Below, in pieces: positions 1-13,081 of a stretch of 33,890 nt of DNA. Numbering within the stretch: the first letter of the stretch is position 1; the number at the start of each line of letters is the position of its first letter. The notes below the pieces were generated by a model. That model was not told the origin of the DNA. It saw nothing but the letters and a program-made list of their open reading frames with translations, and did no database searches. Source of the stretch: Sphaeroforma arctica JP610 (lineage: Eukaryota); NCBI RefSeq assembly GCF_001186125.1, contig NW_014040379.1:89251-123140 (forward strand), read 5' to 3'. Made by a program: the position numbers and the translations under genes.

Positions 1-54
1 GTGTGTGTGTGTGTGTGTGTGTGCGCGTGTGTGTGTATGTATATATATATATAT
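1..54. repeat. (GT)n/(AT)n microsatellite
   Basis: Directly visible dinucleotide runs at the window start. Confidence 0.95.
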
Positions 55-242
55 AAAGATATGTACCCCACAGTGACTTGTGTTGATGCAATAATGTGCC
101 AAACTGAATGTACATGACCGTTGACTACACGCGTGCGTGACCAAATGAATACTTGTATGTGAAAAAATATACAGGAACATGGGGAATGCACAATAATTGC
201 TAAGCTTGTGAAGTTTTTTAATGCACATACTTTGTGGCCACC

Positions 243-3200
243 ATGAAGATAACGTGCCTTTCCCATGGCCTTCATGGTTCCTGTGTGGTAGTAAAACACC
301 GCTCTTATACCATACTCATCGATCCCTTCCTCAGTCCTGAGTTCCTCTTACACTTTAAGCCAGTATCCGATCGCATAGCACACGACACAGCTGGTACACA
401 ACACACACGCAAGTTGCGCGTTCAGTCACATCAACAGCCTCGTAAACGTAAACGTAAATCTACACGTGTCCAGAATAGTGGTACTGTAGTAGGGGTAACC
501 GATGGCGATATACGTAATGGCATAGTCAGTCAAAGTGCTGCGAGTTTGACACGCAATGAACCTGCTGAAGTGGATCATGTCTCGATCAGTGGCGAGGTGT
601 CCTCGGCTTTATACAGTTTGAAATCTTCCATTATTCACGGTAGTCTGCACACCGATATAAGCGATAGCAACCGACACAACACAGATCACAATAGTTCAAG
701 CCCACACGAAAGAGAAGGCCTGGAGAGCATAAACGGGCGAGTATATGTGAGTGGCAAGCCACACTGTCAGCTACCAGCACTGGAGGGCATCGACTTGAGC
801 TCAGTAGACATAATCTTATGTTCGAATTGGCACTCATGCCTTGCATTGCCTTATATCACGGAGTACACGTCTTTCCGAGGGTTTGTATACGCGACAGAGG
901 CGACGAAGATACTGGCTAGACAGGTAACGCAGTGTAGGATATAGACGTTGTAGTATGTAAACCCACGTATGTATTGACATACTTGCTATGCAGGTGTTAT
1001 AACTCTTCTTTATGTGTTTGCGGATCAGCACTTCTGCTTTGGCTTGCCGAATATTACGGAGTGCACGCTATTCCGAGGGTTTGTACGCGCAATGGAGGCT
1101 ACAACGATTCTGGCTAGGCAGGAACCTTAGTGTTGGTAGACGCGTAGTGTGTAGATGTGTTGTACGCCTATATATGGATCGTTGGAGTTGTTGGCGGATA
1201 CTAGTAGCTATGATGTGATTCATATTAAGGGGTTTGTATACGCAATGGAGGCTACAAATTTACCGACTAGACAATATTAACCGCAGTGTTAGCACATGCG
1301 TAGTATGTAGTTGTGTTGCACCCCCACATACTGTTGATAAAGATTGGATTCTGCTGGTAGAACTTAGTTGTGGTGTTTGTTAGAGGGCTTGCATACGCAA
1401 TGGAGGCTACAACGCTACTGGTGAGACAGGTACCGCAGTGTTGGCCGATGTGTAGTATGTAAATGCTTTATACCCCCATATATGGACCATTGGAGTTCTC
1501 GCTCAAGCATTACATTCAAGCCATGCCAATCCTCAGCGCACTTGGTTATTCTTCACCTCGTATGCTATCACCCCAGGCTATGATGGAGCTATCTGCATAC
1601 GACACACGCTTGCCCTGGACGGCTGACACGCATTTAACACGAGAAGCGATGGAGTACGTGCACTCGTCGCATAGCGTAGCACCTGAGTGCATCCGCGAAA
1701 TCTACAGCTGCGGGGTGAGTATGAATGTATATAGGTATCTGGTATATATCCACGTACATCGAAGTATATGCGTGTATATATATGTGCATGTATGGCGGCA
1801 TGTGTGCGCGATTTATTCATCTGTTTGTGCGTAGTATTCATGTTTGCAGATGCATATCTCAGATGATTGTGTCATACTTTTCATATTTTTATACATAGTA
1901 TGAGTCTATATACACTTGCACGTGTAATTATAATACTGCGCCGCACAGTTGAGAGTTGAGTGGGTACTCTGCGTAAGCAGTCGTGGCGTTAGAAGCTGAG
2001 TATATGTTATAACCCATCGATTGGAGTTTATTTGAGTTACTTTTTACTTTGGGGTTTTGCAGTCGTTCTCATGCCTATCACCCTAGTAACACATATTTTT
2101 AAGCCAGTCCTTAGAACCAAACGTTCCGTTTACAGTGAATGTGCGTGCATAGAAATGGTCACACTATGTCAAGACATGAGATACGGGGCTACGCGTGGTT
2201 GCATGTATGAGCTGATACATCGGGGTACCCTATCGTACCATAGGGTGTGTACATACTGTTCTTTGTGTGTATGCCCTTGATATCACTAATACCCGCTCTT
2301 ATGCGATTGTTGCTGAGCATATGTACCTGTATATATATCGAGTTAGTCGTATTCCAATACGTTGGCGATATCTTACCAAGTACACACGCGCACAATGTGT
2401 TCCATATACTCGAAGCCTTCTCTTCCATACGCATACAAACAGTAAAACAGTATACCCTTGAGTCTGATCCCGGGTCTCTCTCTCTTTTACACGCACATAG
2501 GTTGTACAATCTTGTGTCGAGAAGATACAGGAGGTATCGTTTAACCAGCCTATCTCCATATCGGGTGTGCTGACTCTTACGGCTACCAGTGCGGGCCACA
2601 GTCTGGGCAGCTGCTGTTGGTCGGTACAAACGAGCATCGGTGCTACCTCTGAAGCGCAAATGATGGGTGAGGGGTATGTTAAGTTGTATGTATACGTGGT
2701 TATATCTACTTTATAAACTGGTTACAGAGACGCAACGTTTATCTACATGCGGTTATATCTCCTCTAGGAGATTGGTTGCCTGCAATGGTGATGGAGACGG
2801 GGTATGTGAAGTGTGTGTATATGGGGCTATGCGTTAAAAACTGATTACCTCTGAAGCTCAGGTGATGGATGAGGGATATATGTTAAGTATGAATGTGCAG
2901 TAATAAATGATTTATGACTTTGTGTAAAATACAATCCAACGACCGGGCACATTTAACTCTATGAATATAAGCGTTGAGGTCGCATATATAAATTTGTTGC
3001 ACGCATGTAGTGCGAGTTGTGGTTTTATACGCGCTGTTCAAGTTAATGTACACCAGCGGATCACCTGCCACGTTTTGTGACCAATTAACATGTTTTTTAA
3101 ATGCACCCACAGCACTCAACCTATATCGCACGGCCTATTGTGACCCATGCACGATCCACAACGTCTAGAGCGTTAATCGTTTCATGTTTCATTATCGCGA

Positions 3201-6200
3201 TGGTATTTATACCATGTTTCGTAGCCTTGTGCACAGTTATCACCCGCTCGCTAGGTATAAAAAAACTATTGTCTACTCCCGCCGCAGGAAAACGCGGGAA
3301 GACCATCACATCGGAGAGAAGCTAGTGTACATGAGTGCTACTTCCCTGGACACTGCCAATATCACGATGCCTTTCGATCCCACATGTCTAAAGCACTGTG
3401 ACGCGCTTATCATGACAGGCCTTTCGCCGCGTGACCCCTACACCCCCACCCCGCTCAAACACGTGATAACACGGATATTGAAGGAGGTATGTGGTTGCAT
3501 GTGCATACCTACTGTACTCGCTTGTACTCGTGCGCGTACTTTGTAGGAAAACTACGGTAGTCACGCCAACGCTTGTTGTATTTAGGCTCGTCAACCATAT
3601 ATGTCTAAAGCACTGTGGCGCGCTCTCCATGACCGGCCATTCGTCACGGGACGCCTGCATTCCCACACAGGTGCAAACATGTGAGTACTACAGATATTGA
3701 AGGAAGGATGCGGTCACCTACTGTATTCATACTCTATTCAAGAACCACCATACGTATGACGGCATTCGTTGCCGTTCTGCTCAGCGATCCCATATGCCTC
3801 AAGCACAGTGACACTTTGGTCTTTGCTGGACTTTGACTACGAGACTCGTACACTCCCATACTAATTAGCCACGTGTACCACGCATACAGTCATATTTGTG
3901 GGTGTAGCTACTATATAAATACTGAGTTGTGCATCAATCGTCCACTGGAGAAGCCGGAAATTGAGGGATGTATGGGAGTACCTAAACCATATCCTTACAC
4001 TGCTTATTTACATCTGTTAGAGCGGATGTTGTACATTGCATAGGAGCATTCACTTCATGTGTATCCTGACCGATAGACCACTTGACTACTTGAACACCAT
4101 ACACACAAACATAAGGATGTGTGTGAGAATGTACTACACATGAACTCAACGCCTCTCAAACAAGTGACATCGCGAGTATTGAAGAATGCATAAGAGCATC
4201 AACTACATGTGTGTCACTTTGGATATTCACAAGGATAATACCGGTCTTGTTTGCTTTTTGTGCTCCGAAACTAATTCTTTATGTGTTGCGCAGTGGTGTA
4301 CACCAATCAGTCTTAATATATAGGTGACCAACTCAGGATTCTGAGCGTAGGTGCGTTGCAGTAACACGATCGTCACTTCGATTGCCTTCAACTCTTGAAC
4401 TGATACATGTTCACACTCTTCCTCGACGGATGTCCTACAGATGTCTTATCGCATCATACACTCTACCCTGTCTACTACCACCTCAGGTACTGGAGACCGT
4501 CTTAACCGGTGGCTCTGTTCTTTTCCCCGTACATCCATCGGGCAGCATCACACTCCTTTTAGAAGAGCTACATGCTTACCTCAACTCCCACGACAGGCAG
4601 GGAGTGCCCTTCTACGTTGTCTCTCCCACTGCAAGAGCATCGGCACTCTATGCAAACATCTTTACGGAATGGTATGAAGGGTGCATGGTGATGCCATTAA
4701 ATCCAAAATATATCCTGTGTCTGTGTTTGTGTCTGTGTCCGTGTCTGTGTCGTTTGTATTTCAGTGTTTTTGTATATCATGTGTCATTGAATATTTGTAT
4801 GTGTGTGTGTGCTTTGTTATGGGAAGGGATACAAGTATGTCGACATAATATCTTATGGCAAATGTGAATTAGTGCCATACAGTGGTATGTACGAAAGAGT
4901 GATGGAGTGTACTAAGTGCAGCGTAGTGATTTGAATTGTTACAAGCAAACGAGCAAAAGACATGACAACTGCAAATTTTGAGCAAAGACGACGACCTTAC
5001 ATGGAGCCGCAATTGCCTTTGAACTGTGATGATTGTTGCGGATAGTTGTTATCTTTATATGAGATGGACATAGGTAAGTGCAGAGGAGTGAGAGAAATTT
5101 GTACGTACAAATGAAGGAGTTGTTTCCGCAACTACAAGATATTGAGGCAGAAAGCACACACATAGAGAGTAGTCGGTGCGGATACATTTGTGCTGACAAT
5201 ATTATCGATATGGCCGTATCAAGTGTCAGATCTCACATGTCAAGTATATCCATGCACTATTATTACGAGACTATCCTGCTCTAGTCAGTCACGTAAAGAC
5301 CTTGTTACATATCACAATTCTGCTGTTTATTTTTCTCTGTGTGGGACTCAATTGACGTTATTCATGCATTCTTAGTCCGCATTCACATATTACGTGACAT
5401 TGTTGCTCAAATCGCCTCCACTGCCTGTGTTTGATTTGTAGTCTCGTTCAGCTCGGGGCAGATAAAGCGTACGCACTGGAACATCTGAGCTGACGATGCG
5501 TGCCAATCTGCAAGTCCATTGGTCTTCAGTGCATATCTCGGGCCAATTATCTGTCACGTCCCACTAATTTGTTATACTTCCGACTAACTAATCGCGTGGC
5601 TATTACAGGCTGAACCAGCACAGGGCTGACAAGGTGTACACACCAGAGTATCCGTTTGAGTGGGACAAGCTAATCCGTGCGCAGCGGCTGACATTTATCT
5701 CAGATATTAATGATCCGTATGTATCGTTGTCGCTTTGTGTGTGTGTTGGGGGGGGTGGGGTGTTAAGATGTTGTTACATGAGATACCGCCATTTGCAAAT
5801 TAGAATTGTGTGTCGTGTTCGTGTGGTCAACGGCGAGTGTAAATCAAGCTGGTCTTTGTATGTATATCATGAGGGTGGGTGGGTGGTATTCCAACGTATT
5901 GGTGTGAATAAATTTACCGCCAGGGAATGTGTAGTCCAACTCATTACGCACATCGCTCAGGTGTGGTGCAGTAAGTCAAAAGGCATGGTGTAGATAGATT
6001 GAACTTGTCTTCGTATTGATACTAAGGAGGGTGCTGGCAGTACACATAGATTGGTATCATTATCATTTGCCTGAACTACTCTTTTCTGTAGCGTTAAGAG
6101 ATTGTCCATGCGCACGTTGCAAGCGTCTCCACCCTTTACAATGTAATTCGGTAGCTCCAGCTATCACACTATACTTCATACGCACGCGGCAATCCGCAAG

Positions 6201-9200
6201 ACAATTCATATTGCGAGATATATATTAATGGTCCTGTACGCTACCCTGTACTTCGCCACCTAGTCCCACTGGAAGTGACTGGCAAGTATCACGCCGCGAA
6301 GCAGTAGGCTTGCCTGGTAATGCGGCGGGTAGTATGACGTGGAGCATCGTGTGGTGAGAGGTCATACATGTGGTGCAGAAAATACTTTCGAACACAAGTC
6401 ATGTACACCTGCAAGTAAGCACGTGACAGGAACTTGAGAGATAAGCTCCGTAAGCCGTGTGTGGTATTTGCTGTGTTCGAGTGTGGCTCATTTACTTTGG
6501 CTATTTGTTACATCACAGGAAGGCGGAGAATCTATTCCGCAAACCTTGCGTGATATTCGCCGGACACCCTTCACTGCGCCTGGGCGACGGCGTGGCGTTC
6601 TTGTGGGAAATGGGACAGGATCCACGAAACCTTGTCGTGTGTACAGGTGGGTAGGCATGCACAGTCGTGTCGGGTCAGGTTATACGAAGATCGTGAACGT
6701 GAACAGTGCATGTCTATCTACTTTATTTTCAGACTAAGCACATATACACGTAGCGCAGCTGCCTACTACCAGCCCTGCCCCTAGTCGTTTGAGGCAAGAG
6801 AAGGACAAGGGACTACAGTCGCCATTATCACCCGTGACTTGCTCTCTCGTTTCAAGAAATCAGGCTTGTATGCAACATCATCTCACAGAGATATATTGCT
6901 ACTACACACTACATTGCTCTATATACCTATACAACGTATTTACTTACGAAACACAAATTGACAGATTGAAATATCATCTACACCAGATATTATCATTCAT
7001 TTATATCCATCTGCGCAGGCATCGACCTATCATTACTTCACCCTGGTCCACACAATATCAACTTGTGAGAGACCACGTACGTCACAAATGTCTCTGTCTG
7101 AAATATCATGCCTTATGTGTGCGGGAAACTATAGAAACTAGGCGGTCTACCAAGTTTACCGTGCTCTATTAGGTAACCTACGATCCAAATACGTACATTA
7201 CTTTCCCAGTCTAGCCTGGAGCCAATCATCTTTGTATTTCTCAAGTCAATGTATGAAAATCGTACAGATTACCCTGAGGCTCTCATATACAGTCTGATAT
7301 ATTGTCTATTGATCCCTATATTTTTTCCTGGCGGCGAATGACACATATTGAACATAATCACGCGACTCGCGACGATTGCACTGAATGTGGCTGCGTCCAT
7401 TATCGCCACTTTGTATTACCCTTATGTGGAATATGCAAATATCGACCTCGCCATTAGTTGGGTAGCACAGGGAACCTCTTTCCATCTCCATACATGCTTA
7501 CATTTTCTATTTTTTTACCTTGGTTTGTCTATATACGTGCAATATTCCAGAACCCGAATACGCCCACTCGACAGTGCTGGATCCATTCCGACCGCTGGGG
7601 TGCAGAGAGACGTACTGTGCGATGGATACGCGCATGGATGTGCGGGAAGCTTCGGAACTACTCGCTAAGTATACGCCACCACTGCTCTTGCTCCCAGATG
7701 TCTTCAGCCCTGACAAGGTGAGTGTGCGTGGTCGCGTCTGCAGAGTCTGTTATGCAAAGCTGTTGTTGTGTGGCGGCCTGGTGGCGTTGGAGTGGGTGAT
7801 TAGCCATGCATGGTGTTGTATGATGTTTGCACCCAGTGATCAGTAGTTAACCCCCTATTAACTACAATCAACTGCACACACATCTACTAGCACTGTTCCT
7901 CCATCATCCACATCTACAACCCTAGCACAGGTTTATTCTTTTTTTTATAGAACTGCTTGCTCTTATCTTCTACAAAGCGTCTACGAACACCCAGTCGCAC
8001 TGACCATTTACTATATCAACTGTACAAACTTGCCCGCTTTCAAGAGTTACAAAAATATTGCTTTTACACGACCATTCTCATGGGCCTTCAACCACAACTC
8101 TACACACTCACAGGCGACCTCATACACAACCGATAGAAGGCCTATATTGTCGGTTGAAGTGAACCGCAGTCAGACTGCGCTTCTCTCCATGACGTGTGGC
8201 GTGCCGATCAAAATCTCCGTCTCAAAACCATTCCGCGCAGCAGCTATCTCGAACGATGTGAGTGCATGCAGGCTATTGAGGCTGTGTGGATATTCGTGTG
8301 CCAACGAATGTTTGTAAATCGGTTGTCATAAAATGACAATTAGTGGGATAACCTGAATACACGGCTAGTTGGGAAGTGCGTTACATACATTGAGTCGCTA
8401 TTCACTTTTGGATTGTATCAGCGTATTGTTATGTGAGAGCTCTTTTAAATACAAGTATGATTCAACGAGATATAGCCGTAGAATAAGAATCGTTCACTGA
8501 AACTATCTTTCTTTCTAAAGAACCCTGGGACTCTTCGAACCATCACCTATAGTTTTCAGTATTCGAATAGTGACAAATTATGATTCCCGGTACACACAAA
8601 AAGCATGGCATGCCAGCATATCTCATCAGCGCGTATTGTATCTCGGGCTGCAGCAAGCTAGGATACATGCATCAACATCTTCTACCCAACCAGGAAACCC
8701 ACACTAAATTCTTGGACTAAATGTATGTGAGTTATATAGCATGTCCGTACACCCCCTAATGCAAGCGCTTCTCCCTCACTCTTGCAATATACCAACACTT
8801 CTCCTGTATCTAGCTCGCGGCACTGACGAAACCTGTAGCAGTGGGCAACGGCAACCACTTCGCACCCGTTAGCGGCCTATTGAATCTAAAAGACAACGAA
8901 AATTTACTAGTAGTCGACACCGATCCACCGGTATGTAGGCTTCACATGTCTTACCCTGTTGCGTATTCGTTGCATGATCCTCGCTTTCCATCTGACTGTG
9001 TGGCTTATCCCTTGTTATACCTAGAGGCGGTGTGAAAATCTGTGGATGAGCGAATGTAGTGTACGTACTTACTGTGTGATACATAACCAGTACGTTTTCT
9101 CGATGCTGTCTACGATTCTGTATGTAGCTATCGACGTATACCAACACATATCAACTATACTTTATGTTGATGTACTGTGCTGTGTTTCTTATTGGTGAGT

Positions 9201-10291
9201 ATAATTTCCGCAAGTCATCAGGAAAGTCGATGACACTAGGTGTTACCAAAATTAATGCACGCTTCTCGCGGCATTGGTCCTTTCAATTTCTGCAATCTTC
9301 TCGCACATTTGCCTTATTTGCACTGTATATGGATATGCACTACGAAAGTGACAATATCTAACTTTATAAATCTCAACTTGGCCTTGAAGATTCATCTCAA
9401 TATCGCGAATAATTCTATATTCCGATAGCGCCTTTGCGAATATACAAAGTAAACGTGGTCACATGTTTTTCTTCGCCCTTATCTTTCAAAACAGGATTGG
9501 GCTGCTTACATTGTACGGAGAATTATATCATAATGTGGCTCTCAACCCTGTTTCAGAACAATTACTCTCAAATTGTGGCATTTATCAGGAGTTGGGCATG
9601 TTTAGCTTTATGTTGTACTCTGCACCTCTTGAACAACTCTAGATTCGTATTGTGTCTTCCACCTCACAAAACGCCCGTTCTCGATGCAATAATAGCGCAC
9701 AGATGGGGAACGAGTTTGGGATATGCGTCGACATCTGACGGGTAATCTGGCGGTGGTCGATATCTGTACCGACCTTGTCGCTCAACTGGTAAGAATATGA
9801 AGGCTTTAATCTGTATTTATGTGGCCAGTATGGATATACGAAGGAAGCGAAAATACTGGTATATATCATCGTTTTTCATCAATAGATCATCTTGTGCTAT
9901 ATCTAATGTTTCCTCTTTAGATTTTTATAAATGTATTCTCGTTGGTATATGCAATTGATTTTTAAAGGTTTGATTATATCCAGAAAGCAACTATTAGTTT
10001 TGATACTGGCAGCAGTATTCAGAACTCGTGGCTAGGCTTGAGTTATTTGCCCGCCATCGCCGAGATGATCTTTTTAAATTCTATCCTATTTTACACACCT
10101 GAATATAGCCTGCGAATCTTGAGGTGACACGCCACCCCACACTAACGAACACGCACGTGTTGAAATTGACGGACATTGGCGTCACCATCACTCTGAGCCC
10201 CGCAACGAGCCACATAGCAATGCGCGATGACAACGACACACTCCGACAGCGCATAAAAGCGGTGCTCCTCAAATATCTGAAAGAATACTGA
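243..10291 (+). CDS. INTS9: Integrator complex subunit 9 (catalytically inactive MBL/beta-CASP protein), 12 exons, 771 aa
   Basis: Exons (all GT-AG, phases consistent, 2316 nt total): 243-923, 1577-1714, 2501-2673, 3288-3486, 4487-4671, 5609-5716, 6519-6646, 7551-7717, 8114-8257, 8814-8930, 9696-9788, 10109-10291 (TGA). Peptides are colinear with recalled INTS9 sequence: [127 protein letters not shown]. The HxHxDH motif is degenerate (SNWHSC), as expected for INTS9 rather than INTS11/CPSF73. Confidence 0.95.
1029..1500 (+). repeat. Three degenerate tandem copies of the INTS9 exon 1 3' end plus donor region, inside intron 1
   Basis: Exonic gagggtttgtatacgcgacagaggcgacgaagatactggctagacag|gt (877-925) recurs at about 1075, 1228 and 1384, each followed by similar downstream intron sequence. 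Confidence 0.9.
2780..2895 (+). repeat. Two degenerate copies of the INTS9 exon 3 donor junction in intron 3
   Basis: tacctctgaagcgcaaatgatgggtgaggg|gtatgttaag (2644-2683) versus tacctctgaagctcaggtgatggatgagggatatatgttaag (about 2846) and gtgatggagacggggtatgtgaag (about 2788). Confidence 0.8.
3594..4192 (+). repeat. Degenerate copies of the INTS9 exon 4 3' half in intron 4
   Basis: atgtctaaagcactgtg...gatattgaaggag (exon 4) recurs at about 3600-3705 (translates [12 protein letters not shown]) and about 3786-3880, with a remnant at about 4150-4190. Confidence 0.85.
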
Positions 10292-11000
10292 TTTTATGTG
10301 AATGTAATGATAGCTATGAATTAACTTAGACCACACAGTATATGCTTATCTCGGCTATCAGTAAAGCATATTTCAATGACTCTAGACAAGTGTAAAAAGA
10401 TTTCTTTCAAACCATCGGACGCGTGCTCCACGGACCCCTGTGCGAGAGATTCGTACCATAGAGTCAATATCACAAATGCCCAAAATGAGGGATTAGCTAC
10501 TGATACATGCTTCAGTGAAATACATATATATATATATTCATCTATACTGACAACGTGCAGAATTTACCAATTCCTGGGTGCTAGGAGTTGTACGCTATGT
10601 TTATTTATTTCGTACCAATAACTCCTTCACTATTAAGTGATTGTCTATACTACTGCGAGTGTTGCTCACTAGTGGCTTATCACACCGATGAATATTGACG
10701 CTACGGAAGAATTTAAATCTTTGAGTAAACATTGCGTGCTGTTAGGCCTGTCTAAAAGCAAACACTGTTGTATTTGTAAGGTTGTGATACGATACCATTA
10801 GAAGAAAAGTAATATATGAACCAAACTATTTTTATCTTAAACTCGTAAAATCGCAGTGTGTATCCATAATCCTGATTTCTCGAATTAAAATAACAGCGCT
10901 AGATTAAAACGTAAATAAATACCGCAACACTTGTTTACCAAGTGACAAACTTTATATATTTCAATTTTGTATATATAATTACTTTAAAAAGCCTTCTCAG

Positions 11001-11069
11001 AGCCTAGTGGTTTAGTGGTATAGTTACCCCCTGCCAAGGGGTAGGCCGATTCGATTCCTGACTATGTGA
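11001..11069 (+). pseudogene. Degenerate tRNA-Gly(GCC)
   Basis: A-box tggtttagtgg, perfect anticodon stem acccc-CTGCCAA-ggggt, TTCGATTCC B-box core and a downstream T6 run. The 5' side of the T-stem is shortened and mismatched, and the acceptor stem (agcctag/ctatgtg) has two mismatches. Confidence 0.75.
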
Positions 11070-11554
11070 ATTATTTTTTCTCTTTTGTGTGTATAAATAA
11101 CGTTAACAGGTGGTAACTTTTGGAAGACTAATCCTCCCACTCTTAAGCCTGGGACGATTGAAACCTATCTGCCCTATATTCCACTAGGACAAAGTATTCA
11201 ATTCGAATCATATCCTCCTCAAAAAAACAAATATGAAGCGGACGAGATTGCGTCATGGTTGCAACAATGGTACACTGGTCTTTTTTACTCTGATAAGAAT
11301 GAGATTGAGGATAAAGAAACGGGTTCAACCAATTTTAACGACACCGACAACTTTACAGATAATGGTTCATAAGACAATTCAGAAGTGAATATCATTCAGT
11401 ACAATACAGGGTTGTAGCACAGATGTCTTAAGCGACAACTTGCCTGTTTGCATTTGGCAACATATAAAGGTACGTGTGTCTCGATTTAAGTTAATGTGAT
11501 TATGTTCATATAAATAAATAACGAATTAGGATATGTGTAACTACGCTCTAATTT

Positions 11555-13081
11555 GTGTACAATGTGTTTTTGGATGCTGGAATGGGCCAGTTCATCAACG
11601 AGCTTCTAGGACTATATATTGCAGCAGTAGCTACCGCAACTGGGATATCTCATAGTGATGATGTACAAACGGGCACACTGAGCAATCAGAACGAAGATCG
11701 AGACAACACAGACGAATCGATTGTAGAAGAGGACGAATTCACGTTGTCGCACACTCACCGCAGTTTGGCGGAATGTATAAGATATGTTTGTTACGCTGGA
11801 CATGTAGTATGCGTTGCCGGATAGGATCAATAATGATCCCGTTTAGATGAGTTTCTGCGTGGCTAGAGCAATGGCGGGTGGCAACTGCCACTTGGTTATC
11901 ATTGCATACGTATACTCACAACGAACTCTCCTCATAAGAACGATGTATGACATATTTAGAAACGACGACCAGAGTCACAACCGCGAACTATTCCAAATTC
12001 TCTTTGAGGAGCTGCAGACGAAGACAAATGAAGTCGAGCGCACACAAGCAGATTTCTTACATAGACGGTGGAATCACTTATGTCATAATTACGGAAATAA
12101 TCTGGCAATCGTACCGGCGCTGGACAAGATGCTGCCAAATATGCCGTATATGCTACGTATAAGCTGCCGAATGTTTTTTTAATTGGTTGTATTGTCTGCC
12201 ATGATATCGTGAGTATAGGCAAAGTGCTTGATGGCGAGGACTGATTAATAACAACTGTAAACACAGCTGGAGAGAAAAATACAACGAGGCATTTCATGGT
12301 TGAGTGTTCCTGTACTTTTATAGCTCAGCTAGATAGGAAGGGCTTGATATGGCCATCGCGTTCAGTAGCTGGGCTGGCAGGTTTATTGCTTAATATTGTT
12401 GGTGGTACTATCAACGACAAGCTACCTTTGAAACAGTTCAACGAATTCGCTAGCGCAAGTAGTATTTGACTGAAAGTAGTTCGTTCACTTATGACGCATA
12501 GGATAAGTACATGTGGAGCGCTTCAACCATTGAACAGGTTTGCATTGTCTGCAATAAGGATTGAAATTGAGATATTATCTCTCACCTACTGAATACTTTA
12601 TACAATATCGCTTGTAATAGTATGTCGCTAGTGCTGAACAGAAAGAATGCAGCGACAACAGTGACGTTAAGCAAGGTGAACCCCGACAAAAAGAACGGAC
12701 AGCCCACTTCATTGATCAGCACTGATCATCCAACACTCCCCATCGATAACTCGGTCAAGTGGACATCTGAGAATGTAAAGATATTCTAGGAAGTGTAAGT
12801 GCGACCATGGGTTGTAAGATATTATAGGAAGTGTCAGTGCGCCCTTGGGTGGTGAAATTGATATGCTTCGCAAACGCTGTCTACTTCTCAGAGACTTACA
12901 GGGTCACGGTATTCGAAGGGTACTTGGGCTGAATACTGGTGAGACACGAAAACTTTGTAAACAACTTTACCTCGCACAAGGCACCAAAGTGAAACTGATG
13001 GAACGCATAGGGAGAACTCTGTTGAGCCCAGTGGCCCGGCAACAGAACGATGCGATTATAGCAGCTATTCGAGAGGGTTAA
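11555..13081 (+). mobile_element. Decayed DNA-transposon ORF: P-element/THAP9-like transposase C-terminal region followed by SAP-like motifs
   Basis: One frame over 12128-12358 reads DAAKYAVYATYKL..GCIVC..(stop)..FIAQLDRKGLIWPS, resembling the YxxGYxxxKL..CxxC..LxRGGLxxPS pattern of P-superfamily transposase C-termini. LNTGETRKLCKQLYLAQGTKVKLMERI (about 12928-13010) is SAP-like. Multiple stops are present. Confidence 0.45.

Noticed and set aside
2247..2573. ORF-track peptide as INTS9 exon 3
   Set aside because: The INTS9-like frame is a different one, starting after the AG at 2500 ([23 protein letters not shown]).
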